A DNA stretch of 43,268 nucleotides from Bacteroidota bacterium (lineage in GTDB: Bacteria; Bacteroidota; Bacteroidia; AKYH767-A; JABDAW01). The DNA lies in contig JABDAW010000005.1 in NCBI GenBank assembly GCA_013288905.1, positions 1 to 43,268 on the forward strand, read 5' to 3'. Below the pieces are notes generated by a model that searched no databases, had not been told where the DNA came from, and saw only the letters and a list, made by a program, of their open reading frames with translations. Within the stretch, counting starts at the first letter, position 1. Each line of letters starts with the position of its first letter. The position numbers and the translations under genes were made by a program. Of this stretch, positions 18,484 through 28,190 are shown piece after piece.

Positions 18484-19584
18484 ATGAATGAACTGATTCC
18501 AGATAAAAATCTTTACTCAAAAATTGTTGAATTGCTCGCTGCGGCAAGGCAAAACGTTGTAAGAACAGTGAACCAGACTATGGTCTATACCTACTATGAA
18601 ATCGGGCGGATGATAGTAGAAGATGAGCAGCATGGCAAGGAACGCGCTGAATATGGGAAGCAGGTTTTGAAAGAACTTTCCAAACGGCTTTCCAATGAAT
18701 TTGGGAAGGGTTTTTCTAAAAGAAATTTAGAACAGATGCGTCTGTTTTACCTAACCTACTCAATTGCGCAGACGACTTCTGCGCAATTGGAGAAGGTGAA
18801 AAATAATGATAGTTCAATTCAGCAGACGGCTTCTGCTGAATTGGAAAATGATAAAAATATTGATTTAAAGATTTACGAGAAGCCGTCTCGTAAATTTATT
18901 CTCTCGTGGTCGCATTATCTTAAACTGATGCGTATTGAAAACCTTAATGAACGAAGCTTTTATGAGATAGAATGTGCATCAAATAATTGGTCTCTTAAAG
19001 AATTAGAACGCCAATTCAACAGTGCGCTTTATGAACGTTTGGTTTTGAGCCGCAATAAAGAAGGTGTGAAGCAGCTTGCAGAAAAAGGACAGGTGATTGA
19101 AAAACCATTGGATTTTCTTAAAGACCCATACATTTTAGAATTCTTGAATCTTTCGGAACACAAAGAATATTCCGAGAATGATTTGGAATCGGAAATCATA
19201 GATAAACTTGAACATTTTCTCTTGGAATTAGGCAAAGGTTTTACTTTTGCCGGAAGGCAGGTTCGGCTCACATTTGATGAAAGCCACTTCAAAGCCGATT
19301 TGGTATTTTATAACCGCCTCTTGAAATGCTTCGTAATAATAGACCTTAAAATCGGCAAACTCACCCACCAGGACATCGGGCAAATGCAGATGTATGTCAA
19401 CTATTACGACCGCATCATAAAGCTGCCCGAAGAAAACAAAACCATCGGCATCATCCTCTGCAAAGACAAAAGCAAAACCCTTGTAGAATTTACTTTACTC
19501 CAAGATAACGACAGCATCTTCGCAAGCAAATACCAAACTATATTGCCCGATAAACAAGACTTTATCAACCTGCTAAATCAGTGA
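18484..19584 (+). CDS. YhcG/DUF1016 family PD-(D/E)xK nuclease domain protein
   Basis: YYEIGRMIVEDEQ.G..RAEYG, LSWSHY, KDPYILEFL, ELGKGFTF, DLVFYNRLL..IDLK, GQMQMYVNYYD. Confidence 0.95.
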   Translation: MNELIPDKNLYSKIVELLAAARQNVVRTVNQTMVYTYYEIGRMIVEDEQHGKERAEYGKQVLKELSKRLSNEFGKGFSKRNLEQMRLFYLTYSIAQTTSAQLEKVKNNDSSIQQTASAELENDKNIDLKIYEKPSRKFILSWSHYLKLMRIENLNERSFYEIECASNNWSLKELERQFNSALYERLVLSRNKEGVKQLAEKGQVIEKPLDFLKDPYILEFLNLSEHKEYSENDLESEIIDKLEHFLLELGKGFTFAGRQVRLTFDESHFKADLVFYNRLLKCFVIIDLKIGKLTHQDIGQMQMYVNYYDRIIKLPEENKTIGIILCKDKSKTLVEFTLLQDNDSIFASKYQTILPDKQDFINLLNQ

Positions 19585-19632
19585 GGATAAAACTTACGGC
19601 TGCCCACTGCTGCCGTAGGGTTTCATTCCTCT

Positions 19633-19687
19633 AAACTTTACTAAAGTTTTTTCAACTTTAGTAAAGTTGCAGGTCACTTTAATAAAA
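19633..19687. repeat. Right direct repeat flanking the YhcG-like gene; solo palindrome also at 40615-40636
   Basis: AAACTTTACTAAAGTTTTTTCAACTTTAGTAAAGTTG..CACTTTAATAAAA. Confidence 0.8.
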
Positions 19688-19788
19688 CTCATTCCCTTCC
19701 TTATTATATGCATCTATTTTTCCTCCCCCTTGCATGAATGATTCCTATTTTCCTAATTTTGCTTCTTAATAATAAAAACTTGTTCGTT

Positions 19789-21387
19789 ATGAAAAGAGTA
19801 AAATTTTTAATAATTGTAATGGCATTCGCACTGATGGGCTTGAGTGCAAGGGGGCAAATAACATTTCAGAAGGCATTTAGGCTTTGCAACTCTTATGAAT
19901 ATATTCAAAGAACAGTAAGTCAGACATCTGATGGAGGCTATATAATATCAGGAACTACAGATAATTTTGGTGCTGGTAATACTGACTTATATTTGATTAA
20001 AACAAATGAAAATGGTGATACGCTATGGACACGTACATTTGGAGGAAGCGGAGATGACTTTGGATACTGTGTCAAACAAATAAATGGTGGCGGATATCTC
20101 ATGACTGGAGTATCCTATGATTTTGGCTTTGGTGCTGGAGATGTTTATTTAATAAGGCTCGATATTAATGGAGATACGCTGTGGACCAAGACTTATGGAG
20201 GTACTCAAGAAGATTGTGGAATATCAATATTAGAATCGAGTGATGATAGTGGATTTGTTATCGCTGGATATACATGGAGTTTTGGTGCTGGTGCAGAAGA
20301 TTACTATTTAATTAAGATTGATGGAAATGGAAATATTCTATGGACAAAAAGTTATGGTGGAGACCAGATTGATAATCTCCTATCCGCTGACCGAACAAGT
20401 GATGGAGGGTATATTTTGATTGGGGATACTTATAGTTTTGGAACTAATAGTGATAGAGACGTATATTTAGTAAAAACAAATTCTATTGGAGATACCTTAT
20501 GGACAAGAATTTATTCTGGAATAGGAAATGATGATGCTTGGTCAGTTAAACAAACTCCTGATGGAGGATATATTATTGCAGGAGGAACTAACAGTTTTGA
20601 TGCATCAGGATTTTATGATTTTTTTCTGATTAAAACTGATTCTTTAGGAGATACTTTATGGGCAAAAACATACGGAGGAGCCAATGATGATTATGCAGAA
20701 TCTTTAGAGATAACATCCGATGGTGGATATATTATCATTGGCAAAACAGATAGTTATGGTGCCGGAGCTAATGATATTTATCTTATTAAAACAAATGTAA
20801 ATGGAGATATTTTATGGACAAAGACTTATGGAGGGTTATATGATGATGTTGGAAATTCAGTAAAACAAACTGATGATGGAGGATATATTATTACAGGATC
20901 TACGGAAAGTTTCGGTTCAGGTATTTATGATATTTATTTAATAAAGACCGACTCCTCTGGGAATAGTGGTTGTAATCAGAGTAATACGGCAACTGTTGTT
21001 GGTCACGCACCATTTAATATTAAACGACCCCCTACAATTGTTTCATCCGGAGGGGTTGCATTATCACCACATACAATAGCTAATCGTGGCAGTGATGAAA
21101 CATCAATTTGTACTACTGCTGGAATAACCGAAATAAAAAATAATAATTATCTTCTCCTCTCCCCCAATCCCTTCACCACCACTACAACTCTCACCCTTCA
21201 AGGGACCTGTCATAACCCCTCCTTATTCATCTACAACCTTCTTGGTCAGGAAGTAAGAAGCATACCCATTGGCTCGAATACCCAATTAACCATTAACCGG
21301 GACCATCTCGCCTCCGGCATGTATTTCTATAAACTCATTGATGAGAATAAAGAAGTCATAGGAATTGGGAAGATGATTGTGGAATAA
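19789..21387 (+). CDS. T9SS type A sorting-domain protein with about 7 beta-propeller repeats
   Basis: Signal peptide from MKRVKF; repeats QTSDGGYII.G.T.SFGAG..D.YLIKTD.NGDTLW.KTYGG; CTD LSPNPF..IYNLLGQ..GMYFY..KMIVE. Confidence 0.92.
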   Translation: MKRVKFLIIVMAFALMGLSARGQITFQKAFRLCNSYEYIQRTVSQTSDGGYIISGTTDNFGAGNTDLYLIKTNENGDTLWTRTFGGSGDDFGYCVKQINGGGYLMTGVSYDFGFGAGDVYLIRLDINGDTLWTKTYGGTQEDCGISILESSDDSGFVIAGYTWSFGAGAEDYYLIKIDGNGNILWTKSYGGDQIDNLLSADRTSDGGYILIGDTYSFGTNSDRDVYLVKTNSIGDTLWTRIYSGIGNDDAWSVKQTPDGGYIIAGGTNSFDASGFYDFFLIKTDSLGDTLWAKTYGGANDDYAESLEITSDGGYIIIGKTDSYGAGANDIYLIKTNVNGDILWTKTYGGLYDDVGNSVKQTDDGGYIITGSTESFGSGIYDIYLIKTDSSGNSGCNQSNTATVVGHAPFNIKRPPTIVSSGGVALSPHTIANRGSDETSICTTAGITEIKNNNYLLLSPNPFTTTTTLTLQGTCHNPSLFIYNLLGQEVRSIPIGSNTQLTINRDHLASGMYFYKLIDENKEVIGIGKMIVE

Positions 21388-21415
21388 TCACTCTTTCAAA
21401 AATAAATTTGGAACC

Positions 21416-21461
21416 AAAACCAAATTTCACTAACTTTGTTAAGTGAAATTTGGTTTTTTTT
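21416..21461. terminator. Hairpin/terminator between convergent genes
   Basis: AAAACCAAATTTCACT..AGTGAAATTTGGTTTTTTTT. Confidence 0.65.
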
Positions 21462-21533
21462 CATTTTGTTGGGAAACGGCTCCACGAAAGTGGGGCTGTT
21501 CTTTTATATACCAATGAAAGATTATCTAATCCC

Positions 21534-22466
21534 TTATTCCGAGACCTTTCCAGCAAGAAGATACAATACCGCCATGCGGATAGCGACACCGTTTTCGACC
21601 TGGTCAAGAATGACGGATTGGGAAGAATCAGCTACATCACTCGTGATTTCCACGCCCCTGTTTATCGGACCGGGATGGAGGACGATAATTTTTTTATCTA
21701 ATGAATCAAGGATGCTTTTATTCAAGCCAAATTGCATGATGTATTCACGAAGGGAAGGGAAATATTTGATGTCCTGCCGCTCCAACTGGATACGCAACAT
21801 ATTAGCTACATCGCACCAGTTGAGGACTTCGCGAAGGTTATGACTGACCTTCACACCAAGAGAGGAAATATATTTTGGAATCAAAGTCGTAGGTCCGCAA
21901 ACCATCACCTCGGCACCTAATTTTTTAAGACAAAAGATATTCGACAATGCCACGCGAGAGTGCATGATATCACCTATGATAGCAATCTTTTTTCCTTGAA
22001 TATTGCCCAACTTTTCTTTGATGGTAAAGGCATCAAGAAGGGCTTGGGTGGGATGCTCATGAGTGCCATCGCCGGCATTGATGATATTGGCAGAAATATG
22101 TTTGGAAAGGAAGACCGCAGCCCCGGGATTTGGGTGACGCATGACCAGCATATCCACCTTCATGGAGAGAATATTATTGACTGTATCAACAAGCGTTTCG
22201 CCCTTGCTGACGGAGGAACTGGAAGCCGAGAAATTCAAGACATCCGCCGAAAGCCGACGCTCGGCAAGTTCAAAAGAAAGACGAGTACGTGTAGAGTTTT
22301 CGTAGAATAAATTGGCAATGGTAATGTCCCGAAGCGAAGGCACTTTCTTGATGGGGCGATTGATGATTTCTTTGAAGTTTTCGGCAGTCTCGAATATGAG
22401 ATTAATATCATCCGCATTGATATTTTTAATCCCCAATAAATGCTTTACGCTAAGTCCTTTTGCCAT
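21534..22466 (-). CDS. pyrB: Aspartate carbamoyltransferase catalytic subunit
   Basis: FYENSTRTRLSFE, NAGDG.HEHPTQALLD, GDI.HSRVA, HPGP. Confidence 0.98.
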   Translation of the reverse strand: MAKGLSVKHLLGIKNINADDINLIFETAENFKEIINRPIKKVPSLRDITIANLFYENSTRTRLSFELAERRLSADVLNFSASSSSVSKGETLVDTVNNILSMKVDMLVMRHPNPGAAVFLSKHISANIINAGDGTHEHPTQALLDAFTIKEKLGNIQGKKIAIIGDIMHSRVALSNIFCLKKLGAEVMVCGPTTLIPKYISSLGVKVSHNLREVLNWCDVANMLRIQLERQDIKYFPSLREYIMQFGLNKSILDSLDKKIIVLHPGPINRGVEITSDVADSSQSVILDQVENGVAIRMAVLYLLAGKVSE

Positions 22467-22472
22467 CTTCTT

Positions 22473-23012
22473 TTATTCTTTAGTCTGTAGCCATACTTGA
22501 TCTTTTCCATCTGTTTCCACCCATTCCACTTTTACTTTTTCGGAAGCAATGGTATCCACCGTCTTGCCGATATAGTCAGGTTCTATAGGCAATTGACGAC
22601 TATATCTTCTATCAATCAAAACCAATAATTCAACCTTCTGTGGTCTGCCAAACGCCAGGATAGCATCCAAACCAGACCGAATGGTTCTTCCGGTAAATAA
22701 TACATCATCAACTAAAATTACTTTTTTATTCTCAATGATAAAATCTATTTCAGTAGCACTTGGAATGTGAATCTTCTCCGACCTCCTGAAATCATCTCGA
22801 TAAAAAGTAACATCCAGATTACCACAAAGAATTGTATGACCAAGTATTTCAGAGAGATGATTCTTTAATCTCTTAGCTAAGAAAATACCCCGAGGCTGAA
22901 GACCAATAATCACGGAATGTTCAAAGTTATTATGATTCTCTATCAACTGATAACATAGCCTGTTTATCGTGATGTCGAATTGTCCGTCATTAAGTAATAA
23001 TCTTTGTTGCAT
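22473..23012 (-). CDS. pyrR: Bifunctional pyrimidine regulatory protein / uracil phosphoribosyltransferase
   Basis: LDVTFYRDD, VILVDDVLFTGRTIR, LIDR..R.LPI.PDYIG; directly upstream of pyrB. Confidence 0.96.
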   Translation of the reverse strand: MQQRLLLNDGQFDITINRLCYQLIENHNNFEHSVIIGLQPRGIFLAKRLKNHLSEILGHTILCGNLDVTFYRDDFRRSEKIHIPSATEIDFIIENKKVILVDDVLFTGRTIRSGLDAILAFGRPQKVELLVLIDRRYSRQLPIEPDYIGKTVDTIASEKVKVEWVETDGKDQVWLQTKE

Positions 23013-23114
23013 CCTGTTTTTATTGAATCAAATATTCTCTGTTTCTAACCATGCGAATTTAAATCTTCTTTGGGTAATGAAATCATAGCCCTCATTTTTG
23101 AAAAAGTATTAGTC

Positions 23115-23144
23115 AAAAAAAAGCCTCCCGATTGGAAGGCTTTT
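23115..23144 (-). terminator. Rho-independent terminator of rpsA
   Basis: AAAAAAAAGCCT-CCCGATTGGA-AGGCTTTT just after the rpsA stop. Confidence 0.8.
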
Positions 23145-23153
23145 CTAATTTTA

Positions 23154-25352
23154 TTATTCAGCATTTGGTTTATCATCATCTGCTTTGAGTTCTTCATTTG
23201 CAGGTATATCGGAAGGAGTTTCTGCATGGGTTGAATTTTCAGCAACCGGAGTTTCGCCATCCTCAACTTTCTTCTTAGGACGACCCCTCTTAGAAGGTTT
23301 CTTTTCTTCACCTTCAACATGATTTTCACCTTCATCATTTGCAGGAACTTCAGCAGGAATATTTGATTCAACTTTAGCCTTAGTTGCTGCTTCAGAAGTT
23401 TCTAATTCATTTTTAAGATCAGACAATGCAGAAATATCACCCATTGTAGATTTCTCTATAGAGCCTTGAATCTTCTCAACTGTCTTTGCATTTTCAACAT
23501 CTTCAGCAGACATCTTTTCACCTTCTTTGGCAGAAGCCGCGTGATGCTTGTCTTCTACTAACCTAGAATGAGAAACAAAAATTCTTTTTTGGTCTTTATT
23601 AAATTCCAAAACTTTGAATTCTAATTTTTCATCGAGTTTAGCAGGCATCCTGTTTTCCTTGATTAAATGTTTCATCGGTGCAAAACCTTCAACACCATAA
23701 GGAAGCGTAATTAAAGCCCCTGAATCAATTATCTTTGCAACTACTCCCTCATGAACAGAACCAACAGTGAATACCGTTTCATAAATATCCCAAGGATTTT
23801 CCTCTAATTGTTTAACACCCAAAGCTAATCTTTTATTTGCCTCATCAACCTCAAGAACTATAACATTAAGGACATCCCCTAATTTAGCAAATTCATTGGG
23901 GTGTCTGATCCTTTTCGACCAGGACAAATCAGAAATATGAATCAAGCCATCAACACCTTCTTCCAATTCCACAAATACTCCCCAATTGGTGAGGTTTCTG
24001 ATAATTGCCGAATGTTTAGATCCAACAGGATATCTTTCCATAACATTAGCCCAAGGATTGCCTTTCAATTGTTTCATGCCAAGAGACAATTTACGTTCTT
24101 CTGGATTGATACTGATAATTGCAGCTTCTACCTCATCACCAACTTTAAGGAAATCACTTGCACTTCGCAAATGAAGACTCCATGACATTTCTGAAACATG
24201 GATCAATCCTTCAATGCCAGGAGCAATTTCCATGAATGCACCATAATCAGCAATGGAAGTAACTCTTCCCTTAACTGTATCACCAACTTTCAATGGGGGA
24301 TTCATAACCTCCCAAGGATGAGGAGTTAATTGTTTCAAGCCTAACGCGATTCTCTTTTTCTCATGATCGAATTCAAGAATAACAACACGAACAGTCTGGT
24401 CAACTTTCAGAATTTCTTCGGGATGATTAATCCTTCCCCAAGCCATATCAGTTATATGAAGCAATCCATCCACGCCGCCCAAATCAAGGAAAGCACCATA
24501 ACTCGTAATGCCCTTTACTACTCCTTCAATAATTTGACCTTTCTCTAATTTTGACATGATTTCGGCTCTTTGGGATTCCATTTCATGTTCTATCAAAGCT
24601 TTATGAGAAACGATGACATTCTTAAAATCTTCATTGATCTTGATGACTTTAAACTCCATTGTTTTTCCCAAAAACACATCGAAATCTTTTATAGGCTTAA
24701 AATCAATTTGAGAGCCAGGAAGAAAAGCTTCCAAACCAAATAAATCAACTATTAAACCTCCCTTAGTTTTACCTTTAATATATCCATGAACAACTTCTCC
24801 TGATGCCAATAATTCATGAACCCTGTCCCAGGAACGTAATGCTAAAGCTCTTTTATGGGAAAGAACTAACTGACCATTTTTATCTTCCTGCGTTTCAACG
24901 AAAACATCCACTTTATCGCCTATTTTAAGATTTGGCATATCCCTGAATTCAGAAGCAGGAACTAATCCATCTGATTTGAAGCCAATATTAACAACAACTT
25001 CCCTATCGTTTATCAGAACAACTGTCCCTTTAACCACATCAAAGGTCGCTATCGAGTTTATGGTCTTAGCATATTTTTGTTCCAATACTTCCCGTTCTTC
25101 AGATTTATATAAATTGCCTCCTTTTGCAATTGAATCCCAATCGAAATTGGCATCAGGTTTAGGTGGCACTCCAGGAGCAGCTTTAATTTTTACAGGCATT
25201 TCTTCAACAGCATTTTCTGTTGCCGTTTGTTTTTCTGTCTCTGCATTTAGGGATTCAGTGGAATTTTCAGCCACAACACTTGTAGTTTCTTGAGAAGATA
25301 CTACCTCCTCGTTTGTCGCGGATGTGTTTTCTAATTCTTCGTTTTCTGTCAT
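23154..25352 (-). CDS. rpsA: 30S ribosomal protein S1 with acidic N- and C-terminal extensions
   Basis: Six S1 repeats (YGAFLDLGGVDGLLHITDM.W etc.); adjacent to ispH. Confidence 0.97.
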   Translation of the reverse strand: MTENEELENTSATNEEVVSSQETTSVVAENSTESLNAETEKQTATENAVEEMPVKIKAAPGVPPKPDANFDWDSIAKGGNLYKSEEREVLEQKYAKTINSIATFDVVKGTVVLINDREVVVNIGFKSDGLVPASEFRDMPNLKIGDKVDVFVETQEDKNGQLVLSHKRALALRSWDRVHELLASGEVVHGYIKGKTKGGLIVDLFGLEAFLPGSQIDFKPIKDFDVFLGKTMEFKVIKINEDFKNVIVSHKALIEHEMESQRAEIMSKLEKGQIIEGVVKGITSYGAFLDLGGVDGLLHITDMAWGRINHPEEILKVDQTVRVVILEFDHEKKRIALGLKQLTPHPWEVMNPPLKVGDTVKGRVTSIADYGAFMEIAPGIEGLIHVSEMSWSLHLRSASDFLKVGDEVEAAIISINPEERKLSLGMKQLKGNPWANVMERYPVGSKHSAIIRNLTNWGVFVELEEGVDGLIHISDLSWSKRIRHPNEFAKLGDVLNVIVLEVDEANKRLALGVKQLEENPWDIYETVFTVGSVHEGVVAKIIDSGALITLPYGVEGFAPMKHLIKENRMPAKLDEKLEFKVLEFNKDQKRIFVSHSRLVEDKHHAASAKEGEKMSAEDVENAKTVEKIQGSIEKSTMGDISALSDLKNELETSEAATKAKVESNIPAEVPANDEGENHVEGEEKKPSKRGRPKKKVEDGETPVAENSTHAETPSDIPANEELKADDDKPNAE

Positions 25353-25491
25353 TTAATTTTATTTATTTAATACTGTTATTATTTTGTAAAGGGTTGCAAA
25401 TTTATTAAAAATATCTGACATGCCAAGAAATTACATAAATTTAATTCCTTACATTTCGGAATAATTGCAGGGTGAAAAGATATTTCTTAAT

Positions 25492-26382
25492 TCAAATTAA
25501 TGCCGTTTCCCTTGATTTCAGTGCATTTGCAACTTCCTCCATCAGCCACATCGGGGTAGAAGTGGCACCACAAATACCCACAGATATTATTCCATTAAAG
25601 TTAATTTCACCTATCTCTTCGGTTTCAGATATGAAATAAGTTCTTTCATTTTCCTCTTTACAAACCCCGAATAACGCCTTACCATTAGAACTTTTTTTGC
25701 CGCTTACAAAGAGTATTATTTCATGTTCTTTGGCAAATTTTCTTAATTGTGGTTCTCTATTAGAAACTTGTCGGCAAACAGTATCATTAGAAATAAAATT
25801 ATCTGAATCAACTTCTCCTTGTATTACCTTTAATCTTTCTTCTATCAAATGTTGCATCCGATTAAATCCATCGGTACTTTTTGTTGTTTGAGAAAAGAAA
25901 TAAACCGGCTTGTTGAAATCTATTTTCTCTAAATCTTCCTCTTTGCTCACAATTATGGCATCACCATTTGTCTGTCCAACCAGACCTTCCACTTCTGCAT
26001 GACCTACTTCCCCGTAAATGACAATTTGCCCGCCATCATTTTCCAATCCATCAAAACTCGTCCGAACTCGGTTTTGCAATTTCAAAACCACAGGGCAGGA
26101 AGCATCTATTAATTCAATATTATTATTTATTGCCATTTGGTATGTCTCTGGTGGCTCGCCATGTGCCCGAATCAAAACTTTACAATCATGCAAAGATTTT
26201 AAATCCTCATGATTAATAATTTTTAAGCCTTTAGCCTTCAATCGTTCAATCTCCTTATTATTATGCACAATATCTCCTAAGCAATACAAAGTGCCCGACT
26301 GCTCTAATTCATCTTCTGCCATTTGAATGGCGAATACAACTCCAAAACAAAACCCTGAATGCGGATCAATTGTAACTTTCAT
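25492..26382 (-). CDS. ispH: 4-hydroxy-3-methylbut-2-enyl diphosphate reductase
   Basis: GFCFGV, IVHN, RAHG, DASCPVV, DTVC, SSN, GATSTP. Confidence 0.97.
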   Translation of the reverse strand: MKVTIDPHSGFCFGVVFAIQMAEDELEQSGTLYCLGDIVHNNKEIERLKAKGLKIINHEDLKSLHDCKVLIRAHGEPPETYQMAINNNIELIDASCPVVLKLQNRVRTSFDGLENDGGQIVIYGEVGHAEVEGLVGQTNGDAIIVSKEEDLEKIDFNKPVYFFSQTTKSTDGFNRMQHLIEERLKVIQGEVDSDNFISNDTVCRQVSNREPQLRKFAKEHEIILFVSGKKSSNGKALFGVCKEENERTYFISETEEIGEINFNGIISVGICGATSTPMWLMEEVANALKSRETALI

Positions 26383-26394
26383 GCTGCAAAAATA
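26383..26394 (-). promoter_or_regulatory. -7 box abutting the ispH start codon (candidate leaderless transcript)
   Basis: Minus strand TATTTTTG-CAGC-ATG. Confidence 0.6.
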
Positions 26395-26453
26395 CGAAAT
26401 TTGGGATAAATTCCAGAATCTGCACCATCAATGATACCGACCTTGTATCTAAA

Positions 26454-27230
26454 TCAATTTCTAATCCGTCCTAAATAAAACGTTATCCCGATAGTTAATC
26501 CATAGCTTTCAAAGGAATTTGAGGGTGCCAATTGCTGACTTGGTTGAGCGGGATTGACGTATATAGTTGGGAATTGAAGATAATCAATTTGTTTCTGGGC
26601 AATGGTGAAATTAGCAAGATTAACGCCGCCCGTAGCTTCCGTAACCTCGGAATGGGTAGGAGTCCAATGAATTCCTGTATAATTCAACTCAATAAAAGCA
26701 GACACAGAGGGAATCAACTTGTAATTATATCCTACGCCAGCCTTAATTCCATAGGCATAATTTCCTTGTGTGATGGAGGTAGTATAATGAATATCGGGTG
26801 TGTTGGCATTTGGAGTTTGAGGGATGGTGTCAAAGACCGCATAAATCCTGTCCTGCTCCCTGATTCCGGGAAAATCAATGACGATGCCGAACCTTGCATA
26901 GAGCGAAAATTTAGTCTGTCCGAAATAGACTTTTACCGCAGGAATCAATTCCGAACGATTAATGGAATATTCGCCAATAGAATTGCCGTTGCCTTGTTTG
27001 AAACCGCTTGAAAGATGCGAATATTCCAATTCCAGATTGATCTTTTGCTTATAAACCGGTACTCCGAGGAGCAGAGAAAAAGCAGTTCCTGAATTACTGC
27101 CATTCGGGTTGCTGAAAGTCATAGGACCATTGAATTGATCAAAGCCAAACATCCCGCTGAAGTATAGACTTTGGGCAAAGCCATTGGTAGCAAAAAGAAG
27201 AATGATAAACGTCGTTTTTAATGGTCTCAT
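26454..27230 (-). CDS. Outer-membrane beta-barrel protein
   Basis: Signal peptide; alternating aromatic strands (YGIKAGVGYNYKL, FIELNY, YGLTIGITFYL). Confidence 0.8.
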   Translation of the reverse strand: MRPLKTTFIILLFATNGFAQSLYFSGMFGFDQFNGPMTFSNPNGSNSGTAFSLLLGVPVYKQKINLELEYSHLSSGFKQGNGNSIGEYSINRSELIPAVKVYFGQTKFSLYARFGIVIDFPGIREQDRIYAVFDTIPQTPNANTPDIHYTTSITQGNYAYGIKAGVGYNYKLIPSVSAFIELNYTGIHWTPTHSEVTEATGGVNLANFTIAQKQIDYLQFPTIYVNPAQPSQQLAPSNSFESYGLTIGITFYLGRIRN

Positions 27231-27233
27231 AAA

Positions 27234-27326
27234 TTATTCTGCAATCATTTTCCTGATGCCTAAGACTTCTTTATTCTCGTCAATGCGAAGTACATTCAGA
27301 TTATCGCCGTAAAAAAGTTTATTCAT
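27234..27326 (-). pseudogene. 30-codon chimeric scar: DNA-methyltransferase N-terminus fused to a T9SS-CTD C-terminus
   Basis: MNKLFYGDNLNVLR + IDENKEVLGIRKMIAE*; the second half matches IDENKEVIGIGKMIVE* of 19789-21387. Confidence 0.7.
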
Positions 27327-27336
27327 GTCTTATAAA

Positions 27337-27609
27337 TTAATTCAATTCATAGTTTTCACAATATGGATCTAATGGGTCATCCACCTCAACCAATTGAATT
27401 TTCATACTCTCAAAAAAATCTCCTACTGTTTGACTGCATCCTTCCTTTATAATATCGTCTAATCCTATTCTACCAAATTGGAAGTCTTCACAAAGTTTCA
27501 ACATTGCTTCTATCGTTTCATCGCTGTAACTTGCAAAGAATTGGTTGTAGAAATACCATTCCAAAGTATCGTAATAATCTATCTTTAATCTTCTTTCTTT
27601 CTTTATCAT
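27337..27609 (-). CDS. Hypothetical acidic protein
   Basis: 90-aa ORF with a TACTTTTG -7 box about 15 nt upstream. Confidence 0.55.
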   Translation of the reverse strand: MIKKERRLKIDYYDTLEWYFYNQFFASYSDETIEAMLKLCEDFQFGRIGLDDIIKEGCSQTVGDFFESMKIQLVEVDDPLDPYCENYELN

Positions 27610-27794
27610 ATTTATATTTAAGGATGCAAAAGTAGGAATCTGTCATCAATCAAATTCTTTCCTGTCATATCATCTACTTTTAAATTAGGAAAAAAGCAAA
27701 ATTAGGAAAAAAGAATATCATTTACGATTTCAAATCTGAAATCGTACATCGTAAATTCTCATTAAAACCGCCTTTTTACACCTGAAAAAAACCG

Positions 27795-28083
27795 CGATGG
27801 ACATTCATCGCCTGTGAATATACATAGAATCCGTTGGAATGTACATTCGCTCGGTTTGAATGTATATTCACTCTTTTGGAATATACATTCACACTCTTTG
27901 AATATACATTACATGGCATGGTAATATACATTCACTCGCTTTGAATATACATTACCTACCCTTGTAATATACATTCATACTCCTTGAATGTATATCCGCT
28001 CGCCTTTAATATACATTCGCTCACTTTGAATATACATTAGCTATGCTTGTAATGTACATTCACACGGCTTGAATGTATATTCA
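27795..28083. repeat. Repeat-spacer array: 14 palindromic cores (G/T)AATRTAYATT(C/A) with 13 different short spacers, period 21-22 bp
   Basis: Cores start at 27795, 27816, 27837, 27858, 27879, 27900, 27922, 27943, 27965, 27986, 28007, 28028, 28050 and 28071. Confidence 0.92.
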
Positions 28084-28134
28084 GACGCGTTTTTCGTCTG
28101 TTCATAGTATTTTGATTGATGGCATGAATAAAAG

Positions 28135-28174
28135 AAGCCCCCGAGTGCCATATAATTTGTGGCATCGGGGGCTT
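28135..28174 (-). terminator. Terminator-like hairpin downstream of 28191-29045
   Basis: AAGCCCCCGA(G)TGCCA..TGGCATCGGGGGCTT with a T-rich tail on the minus strand. Confidence 0.75.
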
Positions 28175-28190
28175 AAAATTCTTGTCTGAA

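Noticed and set aside
21436-22500. Plus-strand ORFs opposite pyrB, and similar shadow ORFs inside atpA, rpsA, thiolase, A2M and T9SS genes
   Set aside because: They are antisense or alternate-frame shadows of well-supported genes.
23013-23153. PyrR-binding attenuator upstream of pyrR-pyrB
   Set aside because: No recognisable AGUCCAGAGAGG-type PyrR binding loop. The only clear hairpin is the rpsA terminator.
27795-28083. Canonical CRISPR array or TIGR array
   Set aside because: Repeats (12-13 bp) and spacers (7-9 bp) are far too short for CRISPR and there are no cas genes. The unit length is not ~36 nt and no Nop-domain Tas gene is recognisable.
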